Shown here: piece by piece, positions 1 through 9,900 of the stretch | How the letters are laid out: every line of letters begins with the position of its first letter | How positions within the stretch are numbered: position 1 is the first letter of the stretch | NCBI GenBank assembly: GCA_001687465.1 | Contig: LVLI01000201.1 | Coordinates: forward strand, 123,667 to 143,666 | Length of the DNA stretch: 20,000 bases | Reading direction: 5' to 3' | From: Halocafeteria seosinensis | Lineage: Eukaryota | Position numbers and translations under genes: made by a program | Notes under the pieces: model-generated | Database searches by the model: none | Told to the model about the DNA's origin: nothing | What the model saw: the letters and a program-made list of their open reading frames with translations, nothing else

Positions 1-2
1 CT

Positions 3-489
3 TGCTCGAGTTGCAGACAATGCCGGAAAATTGCGGATAGGATAGCCCCATATCGAGCTCCACGATGGACCTGTTGCCTGGGGTTGTTGGCATTCTTCGC
101 CTATCGAATCTATGTCCTACAAGGATTCGTTCTTGTCGCCTATGGACTGGGCCTTTATCTGCTGATTAACTTCCCGGGGCTATTACAACGACTACAGGTA
201 GGCTAGCTTGGTACTGTAGGGCAATCAGTCATGTCTCACTGGCCGATATCGCATATTGCAGCCGCCGCATTCGGAAGCTTCGCCGATAGATAGCCCCTTT
301 CCGGAGCAACTTTCCGAATTCGGCTACTGGCTTAGAGCGATCAGCGCCACACTTTTTTGCACGCTTATGACGCAGATTAAGGTTCTCGACATTCCAGTAC
401 CCTGGCAGGTTTTGGTCGGGTCCTTCCTTGTATTTCAGGTAGCTATTGGGGTTGCTATGGCTGTTGATCAAGCAACACGAAGAGGGTAG
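3..489 (+). CDS. RER1: Divergent Rer1-like ER-retrieval membrane protein, 5'-partial; join(<3..197,262..489)
   Basis: Frame 3 reads ...DRIAPYRAPRWTCCLGLLAFFAYRIYVLQGFVLVAYGLGLYLLINF, matching the Rer1 pattern D+xxPyxxxRW...R+YxxQGxxxVxYxLG+YxL. A phase-0 intron at 198..261 (GTAGGC...TTGCAG) joins to PFPEQLSEFGYWLRAISATLFCTLMTQIKVLDIPVPWQVL, matching Rer1 PFIRRLPEFKFW...T.F..F.+PVFWPIL. Stop TAG at 487-489. Confidence 0.8.
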
Positions 490-855
490 AGTGGAGTGGA
501 GCCAGATCTGAGATCGTCTAGATCCTGGCACGACGATTGGGAGACCCAGAACTCTACATTTGTTCGTCCTCAGAGATGATGTTTTTTGCTCGCAACAGAT
601 GTCCTGCGGGGATATTCATACGATGAAAGACTGTCAACGTGCCTATTTTCATTGCCATCTGACTCTGGCAAACGATTTGCATCTATCCATCCGCAACTGG
701 GCGCAACGTTGATTCTGATCTCTGCCAGCGTACGACAACGGGAGCCATGTTGGGAGTCTCAAGGAACCACAATGGATGGACAGGTAGCATGGAGATGGAA
801 TGAGCGTGTGGTCTTGTTGTATTCGAGGTGAATACTAAGGTAATTCGACTGCCTG

Positions 856-1266
856 ATGAATGTTTCAGCGCTGTCGCTCCAGATTTTCGACCCTTCTTTG
901 GAAGACTGTCACGTTGCTCAACCATTGAGGCTATTTGGAAGGTTGGAGAGTGCGTTGGGGAAAGCGTTTCCAATTATACATTGTTTCCTGCGGTCTCCGC
1001 AGCAAGTAGTTGTGCTTCGATATTGTATCCAAGTTGCGGACTATTCGACGCGTTCACTGATTTCGGCGGACATTGAGGAGACAAGCTACGACCATCCTCT
1101 CAAGTATGAATCGCTATTAAGTCTTATCTTGGGGTACCTGTCAGTCCGCAGAGGTGACCCTTGTGAAGTTGGAGATGGTGAACTTCACGATGTTGCTACA
1201 GTAGAATCAAACAAACTAACAGGATTGAAAGAGTCGACAACTCAAGCCTTACAAGAAAAAGAATAA
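856..1266 (+). pseudogene. Possible degenerate coding remnant or small gene inside the duplicated unit (paralogue at ~4286-4523)
   Basis: Both copies share EET...KYES...GELH. They end VESNKLTGLKESTTQALQEKE* vs VESNKLKGLRNSTTQAFQERN*, with several synonymous differences (cta/ttg, aca/acg, act/acg, gcc/gct) and a shared TAA. Copy 2 needs a frameshift between GELH and VESNK. Confidence 0.35.
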
Positions 1267-1767
1267 ATTCTTGAATCAGATAGTATATCTGAAAACAAGA
1301 AAAGACATTGATATTCATCAAAAAGTGCCGTAGAAACGGAGCCCTGTTTTGTCGCCTGGAATTTCCTTCAACGAAATCTACGATGGAATTCTCTGACATA
1401 TCAGCAGGTAAGTGCTCCAGTCTTTTCATTCTAATCCAAATATTTCCATGATATGAATGCGAGCTTTAGGAAATGGGCATGACATGAATAAATAAGAGTG
1501 TTTTCACATGCCCACGTTGAAGTTGCCCATTGACCCCCCGCGGGTCAGGGTGAGCCACTGAGGAAGTGCAGGTCATCCTAGGAACGAAGGAGGGGCCAGT
1601 TATTGGGGATTCTCACTCTCATGATGCTACGGGAAGATAGGACACGCTCGTATAAAACATTGCCTTGTTGTCTCAAACTGCCCTGAGGTTGATATTACGT
1701 TTCCATTTATTGATGGAAACCCTGGCGTAACGCTTGAACTTCACATTCAATTTACTGTGTATGTGCC

Positions 1768-3151
1768 ATGCTCACAGACCCCTATTTCGCCTATCCTTTT
1801 GCTGTTGGTAGTGGGCTGGAGAAGCAATTTTCTGCTGAGCCGGATATTGATAGCTTCCTAGAAGAATGTGAATCCCCAACACATATGCTATTTGCGCGTC
1901 CAAGTCCGGAGTTTTTTGAGGGACCAGGCAGTCCAGGCGATTTTTGGAAAGGAACAACGGACGTTCTGTTTGACGATGGCATCAGGCCTCAACTAACCAA
2001 AGATGATATCCAAAGACTCTGGGACAAACTTCCCGTGGATGCTCCTGAAGAGGTGCAGGACGGACAAATAGACAGCCTGACGTCGTGCCCAGTAAACGGT
2101 ATGTTACGTTTCTTGTCCTCGTAGTTGTCGAGACCACAGATTATAATTTTATGTTTGGATCCCACATGGAACAGGCAACTCAGAACCAACTAGCACCGCG
2201 TCACCGACGAGTGTCAAGAGCAGCAGAACCAATGCCTCTCACCATGATGATCCTCGGCAGGAACCCTCTGAAGACCACAGTACGACCGAAACCCAAGAAA
2301 CAGGAGGGGCTTTGGCTAAAGCGGCAGAAAATGTGGGGGAACAGTCTCTCGAAGATATTCAACAATGGCCGCTAGATGGCCACCAGTTCTCTTCCGCAGT
2401 AGGGCAGGCGACGGTGGACCCACTGGAGGTGCCTAATGCAACCATGGGGAATGGGAACTTCAGAGACGATATTTTTGCGGGGTTCTCAAGAAACGGTGAC
2501 GCCATTGAACGATTTCGCGTTCCAGCTCTCGGGCAGCCCGTTAAACGCCGCCGAGACTCTGATAAGAAACAAAGCCCTTCTTCGAGTCCCGAGAAGCGTA
2601 ATAGACAGTCAAAGTGTACTGTAAAACGTAAAACAGATGAACTTGCTGAAGGAGAAAGGAAGCGAAGAGCAGAGCAGGTGAAGCAGTCTGCGGATGTATC
2701 CCAGTATAGTGCTTATAATCTTGAGGAGGTGAATGGGCATCGGATACAGATTGTCTTTCCCAACGGAAAACGAAAATGTGGGTTCATCGTATGTGTTCAT
2801 TGTAGTGCTGCTATTACGTTGGTCCGGGTAACGGCCGAGCACGTAGACGATCCCCTGGAGGCCAGTCTGAAGACTATTTTACGAACTCCTTCAGGAGATA
2901 GCACTTGTGCCTGCGACGTGATTCCGGCATACTTTGACTCACCTTGTAGAGGACCACGCGACAAGCGTTGCGTCCAAAAACTAGAAGAACTAGGCAAGGT
3001 CCTAAGTTTGTACACAGGTGAAAGAGTCACCGATATGAGCCACTCGCTCTCGCAGCACGTGAAACGAACGGAAGAAAGGGAGGGTGAGTTGTACCAAAAC
3101 TGTGGCTACTCATTATCCACTCTCCCCTACCAATTTAGTAAATCGAAATAA
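1768..3151 (+). CDS. Uncharacterised 435-aa protein, putative zinc-finger (BED-like) nuclear protein, copy 1; join(1768..2098,2175..3151)
   Basis: ORFs 1768..2124 and 2312..3151 join in frame through a phase-1 intron at 2099..2174 (GTATGT...AACAG). The paralogue has the same intron position and phase. Acidic/aromatic N-terminus, basic KRRR/KRKT/RKRR clusters, GFIVCVHC...SHSLSQHVKR. Confidence 0.85.
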
Positions 3152-5076
3152 TACACTGATTTATTGAACAGTTGTGTCATTTATATGTAGCTTTCTTTCC
3201 TCGTACGTGGCACGTACTTCGCAATCTGAGTCAATTGCAACTAGCATACTGTTGCAGTGCCAGTCCAGATTCACGCATCTTTGGGCTCGGGCTGCACATC
3301 ATGCATGTGAGGTCATCAACTCATTTACACTGTTCGGTTTGCCCGCGAAATGGCCCTAGCCCTCCATAAGTTTGTTGCTTGTGGAGATCGGAATGCGACT
3401 CAAGCGGCTTTTGAATATCTGTGAACGTGACAAGCTGGAATTTACATATAGCGTACACTGCTTTAGACGACATAGACTTTTGTGGATAGGAACATTTGGG
3501 AAACTGATCATTGTATGTGCTTTGTGGTGGAGGAGATGGTGGGTCTGTTAACTCGAGGAGAGCGTGGATATCTCTCCCCCCCCCACCGCCGGGCCGCCGG
3601 CATCTTGAGCTGATGCTGGCGTTCATGGCCAGCGCTACACTAGTGGTATACCGGCGAGCCACGTGGTGCAGCAGTCCTTAGATAGAAAAGTTAACACACC
3701 AGGAGGATTCTTAAACCAGACAAAATGGAGTGCTTTCCCCAGCACAGCGGCGCGTCAGCCACATGGATGAGTATACCTCGGGGCCTTGAGGCGCCAACAC
3801 ACGTGGTGTTGCTAGGCACAAAAACGCTGTGGTAATACGTAGACATGAAATTTGGCTCATCGTATTCATTGTCAATGTTGCCATCCGACTCTTGCGAGGC
3901 ACCGACTAGATTCAGTCTGGTCTTCAGGGAGCGAAAACTGAACGCGCATCACGAGTTTCAGATACAGCAGTGAATTGTTTGGTAGTATGAAAGCATAGGA
4001 TGAGCTAGCGATCTCACCAGCAAGTTGCTGTATTCAACTGTTTGATAAGGGTTTCAGCTACATCTCACAGCTCACAGTAAGTCCGAAGACAGGCGCATGA
4101 AGAGTTGCGAATAGAGGACAAACTATACCACAGCCGCCACACTGATGAAAATCTCATTAACTCCCTTGTCTCACCTCGATGATAGAGCCTTTCAAGATGA
4201 GCATCGTGGTTCGGACAAGCTGCGGCCCAGACTGGGACTTCAATCTGGGGTAGACTGAGCTGCTTATGCACTAAAATAAGCTCCTGTGCTCACCGAGGAA
4301 ACTGCCTGCGGACGATTTAAATATGAATCGGGATGTAGAGCCTCTAGTTCGATCTATAAATTTAGACCGGGGAACTCCGAATCACCGGAGTCGTGTCCAC
4401 TTGTGAAGCTAGGCGAACTTCACACGCAGTTCACGGGGATACTGCAGAAGAACTGGAGTAGAATCAAACAAATTGAAAGGATTGAGAAATTCGACGACGC
4501 AAGCTTTCCAAGAAAGAAATTAAAGTCTTGAATCAGATATCATATCTGAAACAAGATATTGATATTCAGCAGCAATCTGCCGTACAAACCGAGCGTTTGG
4601 TTTGACCCTGGTATAACAACCCTGAGTTTCCTCGAACCCGGCACAAAGATGGAATTCGTAGATTCATTAACAAGTAAGTGCTCCACTATTTCCCTTCCAA
4701 TTCGTGTTTCCCCTGTATGCAAATGGGAACTGTAGGAAAGGGGAAAATCATGGAGATATCAGGGTAGGATTTTCTGCGGATGGCTTCCAAGTTGAAGTTC
4801 AGCGACCCTGACCCTGGGCCACCGAGGGTCACCCTCCGGAGGAGTCAGCGAGGATGTGCGGATCATCGCAGGAAGGAACGACGGCCCAGTAATTGAGGAT
4901 TGTCGCGTCAAGTGTACTAGGGTGTCGTACATGTTCCTACACAGGATTACTGTGTATCCAAAATGCGGGTAGTGATATGAAATGGCCTTGTGCCTGAAGG
5001 GTGTGTAACGACTTGAACTTCACAACCTCGGATTTCGATCCTGGCGACAACTGCGGTCACTTATTGTGTATGTGCG

Positions 5077-6465
5077 ATGCCCACAGATAGTGATTTTACC
5101 TATCCGTTTATTTTTGGCAATGGGCTAGAGAAGCAGTTTTCTGCTGAGCCTGATATCGATCGTTTCGAATGTGAATCTCCAATGTCTACGCTACTTGGGG
5201 GCCGAGCAAGCCCCGACTTCGGGGCCCCCGAGTTATTTGAATGGGAAGATATTTCCCACGGTTTTGGTATGGGACCTGAAGGAAGTATAATTTACGATGA
5301 CATCGTGTCACAAGTACATGGGGATGTAAGCAAAGATGATTTCCAAAAAGTCCGGGACAAACTTCCCTTTGATATTCCTGAAGAGGCGAAGGAAGTGCCC
5401 ATAGACGACCTCACATTGTGCCCCGTTAAGGGTAAGCGTGACTTTTTTCCCTTGTCGTGAATAGGCAAAATATTATCTATCTCGTTTTGGCTATTGAACG
5501 ATACAGGCTTTTCAGAATCAACTAACCCTTCCTCACCGAGGAGTGGCATGAGCAGCAGAACCACTACCTCTCAACGCAGCGATCCTAGACAAGATGCTGG
5601 GGGAAACCAAAATACGGCACAACTAGAAACAGAAGGCACTGTGGCTGAAGCAGCAGAAAATAATCAGTTGTTTTGCGCAGTAGGATGGCAGACGATGGAC
5701 CAACCGGAGAAAGACGTGGCAAATGTAACTGAGGGTAACGGGAGCTTTGGAGCCGACGCCCTTGCGGACTTTTCAATGAATGAGGATGACATGGAACAGT
5801 TTGATACTCCATCTCGTGAACAGCCCGTTAAGCGTCCTCGGGCAGATGGAACCTACGACACTGGGAACGAGGCTTTTCGGGTATCAAAGAAGCATCATAA
5901 GCGGTCACATTGCACTGTGAGACGTAAAACAGAGGATCTTCCAGCTGGGGAAAGGAAACGAAGAGCAGAACGAGTAAAGCACTCGGAGATGCTGTCCCAG
6001 TACGCTGCTCATAATCATGAACAAGTGAATGGGCATCGGATACAGATCTTCTTTCCTAATGGAAAACGAAAGTGTGGGTTTATCGCATGTGTCCATTGCG
6101 GTGCTGCTATTACGTTAGTCCGAGTTACCGATGAACACGTAGAGGAACCTGTGGAGGCCAGTCTGAAGACTATTCTACACACTCCGTCAGGAGATAGTAT
6201 TCGCGCCTCCGACGTGATTCCCGCGTATTTTGACTCCCCTTGTAACCAAATGTGTTACAAAAACAGTGTCAACAGGCTTGAAGAACTTGGCACTGTACTG
6301 AGCCTGTACACAGGTGACAGAGTCCGCGATATGAGCCACTCGCTATCCCAGCACGTGAAACGAAATATGGCAAGGGAGGGCGAGTCTTACAAAAATCGTG
6401 GTTACTCATTATCCGCGCTCCCATCTCCATCTATTCCCAAAGAAATAGAAACGATCCTCGACTGA
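5077..6465 (+). CDS. Uncharacterised 437-aa protein, putative zinc-finger (BED-like) nuclear protein, copy 2; join(5077..5431,5507..6465)
   Basis: Phase-1 intron at 5432..5506 (GTAAGC...TACAG). Shares GLEKQFSAEPDID, DKLP, VNGHRIQIxFPNGKRKCGFIxCVHC, DVIPAYFDSPC, VLSLYTG and DMSHSLSQHVKR with copy 1. Confidence 0.85.
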
Positions 6466-6991
6466 TCACTAATTGATGCACCAGTTCGAGTGTACAACTT
6501 GTGTACCCTACTGTATTGTGGCAAAGAGGCGTTGCCCCATAAGAGCCAGCGTTTGTACCACTTCCGACCATGCTCCCCGGTGACCGATTTTGCTTTATCT
6601 GAATCGTTTGCTGAACGCAAAACTTTCCTGAAAATACAAATTTACAATTGTGTCGTACTGTAGGGCGTTGCCAGCTTGCTTCCAGAAGCGGGTCCGAAAA
6701 CCGGACCGGATTTCGGCCCGGATCCGGACGCGGTCTGCGCGCCAAAACGCGATCATGGCCTTTGCGTCCTATACAGGCGAAATATGAGGTGTTGACTGCC
6801 TTAAACGCAATTATTACGTTTGTATACTTGCATTAACTGTCCGACGTGAGCAGGGTCGTGGTTGGATCACTGAGAGAGCTGTAATAGCAAAGTTGACCTT
6901 GGCGAGGTCGTGGCTTTTTTAACGTTAATTCCGGAAACAAGGCTCTCGCTCGCCGTATACACGTTGCCTGAAGTGGATCCCGACCGAGATC

Positions 6992-9900
6992 ATGTCAGGA
7001 GAAGGTGAAGAAGAGGGTGGTGGAGGCCCGAAGACGTATAAGGGTCCGGATGTTCCGTATGGGGGAAGTATCTGGTTCCCCCAACTGACGTCGGGCGACC
7101 AAGAAGCTACAAATACACAATGGACGCTCGCTATGATAAAACCCGACGCTTGTGGGCGACCTTGGCAGGATAATTTTATGGTCCCCAATGAACCCGAAGA
7201 GGGTGAGGAAGAAGAAGGAGGTGAGGAGGAGGAAGAAGGGCAAGGTGCGCAAAAGGAGCCCTTCATCGAAAAACCTGAAACGCGAGCACCGGATAAATCC
7301 AGAGAGATCGTTAAACGTATCGAGACGGAAGGATTTAAGGTCGTTCGTCAGAACTTCGTGTCTCTCTCCTTGGATGAAGCGAAACGGTTTTACAGACAGC
7401 ACGAGGGGAAGCCGTTTTACCAGAGACTAGTGAATTTTATGAGCAGTGGACAAACCTGGGTCATGGTGCTCGAAAAGGAGAATGCCATTGAAGACTTTAG
7501 AACTTTAATGGGACCGACTGATCCAGAGAAGGCAAAAGAACAGGACCAAGAGGCCCACCCACTCAACGATGAACACTGGTCGTTGAGATCTTTATTTGGC
7601 ACAGATAACACTCAAAACGCCGTTCATGGAAGTGACAGCGCGTTCTCTGCTGCTAGGGAGATACATTATTTTTTCCCCGAGTCTTCCCGCTTCCAGAGGA
7701 CTGCCCTACTCTTGTCGCCTTCACTAACTCAAGAGAAAGAGTCCGTAGGTGCTATCGAGGAAGAACTGCAAGGGGAGGGGTACTGGATCGTTGCCAAGAA
7801 GTCTGTCGAGTTTACCCAACATTCGTTAGGAAAGCTCCTGGATACTAAATCGACATTGCAATCTGAAGCAACTCTCCAATGTTTTACTGGAGGAGAAAGC
7901 ACAGTCTTCATTGTCGAAAAGAGCGATGCAATTCCAGATCTCTTCCTGAAGGTAGGACCGTCATCAGTGGCTGAAGCCAAGGTGGGCGCGCCAGAATCTC
8001 TAAGGTCGCGCTATGCTGAATCAGATGACGATGTGCGGCTATTTGCCGCTGCTAGGGATGAAACGGTAGAATTTATTATCAACTCCGTTTTCAAAGGCAA
8101 GCTACCCGTAGAACATACTCTGGCTTTGATAAAACCTGGCACCTCGGATACCTATTATCGCAACATTATCCGCGAGATTAAGGACGCGAAATTCAGCATT
8201 TTGAGTGAGAAACGTTTGAAGCTAACTCTGGAAGAGGCCGAGGAATTCTACAAAGAGCACCAGCATCGGTATTTCTATCCGCGCTTAACAAGTTATATGA
8301 GTAGTGGAGACACGGTGGCTTTATTGCTATCCAAACCCGCCGCAATTCAATGCTGGCGAGAGATGTCTGGACCTACCGACCCAGAGCTCGCGAGAAGGGA
8401 AGCACCACGGTCTATGCGCGCAAGATTTGGTTTGGATGGCACCAGGAACGCTACTCATGGTAGTGACTCGCCAGCTACTGCATATCGTGAGATCCAATTC
8501 TTTTTCCCTGAATACGGTTTGTTTCCTGTTCCGGAGGATCAAAAAGCGAAAGAATTTATTCGGAACACGTCGGTTGGTTCTAGGTTCGTGTTGGGCAAAG
8601 GGTTAGTACCAGACACTTTGCATACCGTAGTAACGCGGGGATTAGTAGAGTTAGCCAAAAGTAAACCGTCGGGTATCGGTGCCATTCGATGGTTAGGCCG
8701 ATGGTTCTTGGACCACAACCCGAAGAAAGGGTGTAGTACGGGACAGATGGAAGATTTCGATACTGCGCAAGAAACACCTGTTGTTGAAGAAACTGCACAT
8801 GAGGAAGAATTTGCCAAGGCGGCTCCGATGGAATCTGCAGGCGTGGAGGAAGTAGGAGAAACAAAGGAGGAAGAAAAGCAAGAGAGCGTTGCCGAGGAGA
8901 AGGAAGTCTCAGTAGAACCCATTGTTTGGAGAAACCACATGACATCCAAACCAGTTATAGTCTTTGTTTTGGGAGCACCTGGCGCTGGAAAAGGAACACA
9001 ATGCGAGAAAATCTGCGAAGCGTTCAACTATGTTCATCTGTCTACTGGCGATTTGCTCCGTGAAGAGATAAATTCCGGATCTGAACTTGGCCAAGAGATT
9101 GAAGCTACCACAAAGGCGGGGCAGTTAGTATCTACAAATGTAGTACTGGCCCTGCTGCGTAAAGCAATGCTCTCGTCAAACTGTCCTCGTTTTTTAATTG
9201 ATGGCTTTCCGAGGTCAGACGAACAAGTATCGCAGTTCGAGCGTATGGCAGGTTCTCCGTCGTTTGTTTTAGAATTCACCGCATCAGAGGAAGAAATTAA
9301 AGAACGCATCCAAAAGAGAGGTGAAGAGAGTGGCCGTGCTGACGATAACATCGAGTCTCTCGAAAAACGCTTACAGACTTTCCGTGATGTATCCAAAAAT
9401 GTTATTGACATTTACCGGAAACTTTGCTTGGTTCGCACCGTTGATAGTACGAATAAGGATGTGGAACAAGTGTTTAGGTCGGCAGCACAATACTTCCGCC
9501 CTTATCTGGTGTCGACTTTAGGTGGCCCCTGCACAGGAAAGAGTCACGTATCTGTCTCCCTGGCCCGCGAGTTAGGGTATGAGTATCTCGACGTGGAAGA
9601 GTTGGTTCATAGAAGTCCTGGTCCGGACGAAAGCACAGATTCTGTGCGCTCGCTGGTTTCTACCGCTTTATCGAAAGGCGACATAGTTCCTGATGAACAT
9701 GTATGTCAGCTGATTCAGGGCGAAATTTACGAGAAAAATCCCTTGGGGCGGTTCCTCTTGGATAACTATCCCCGTACTAACTCACAACGGGAAGCACTGG
9801 CTTCTCAGTTGCAAGATCCCGACTTTATTCTACATCTAAGGCGGTTACCAGAAAAGGTCATGTTACGACGCAAAGTTAACAAAGAGAAGAATAACCTTAA

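Larger units (their letters stand above)
780..6480 (+). repeat. Diverged tandem segmental duplication: copy 1 ~780-3170, copy 2 ~3980-6480
   Basis: Colinear homologous blocks at an offset of ~3.2-3.3 kb: gtaattcgactgcctgatgaatgtttcagc (~840) vs gtattcaactgtttgataagggtttcagc (~4030); gtagaatcaaacaaa (1201 vs ~4458); tcttgaatcagata; gtaagtgctcca; gtaacg(a)cttgaacttcaca; tgtgtatgtgc(c/g)ATG; plus the paralogous CDSs. Outer boundaries are approximate. Confidence 0.9.

Noticed and set aside
880..915. DFRPFFGRLS in ORF 828..1076 resembles Rer1 EFRPFIRRLP
   Set aside because: No flanking Rer1 similarity, and the motif is not kept in the duplicate copy; probably chance.
3321..3902. Short minus-strand ORFs and the C9/GC-rich run at ~3576-3600
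   Set aside because: No recognisable motifs or paralogous conservation. The G-run pattern is too weak to call a G-quadruplex.
1768..6480. Duplicated units as hAT transposons or LTRs
   Set aside because: No transposase catalytic domain, terminal inverted repeats, TSDs or retroelement ORFs were visible. The copies are intron-containing diverged paralogues.
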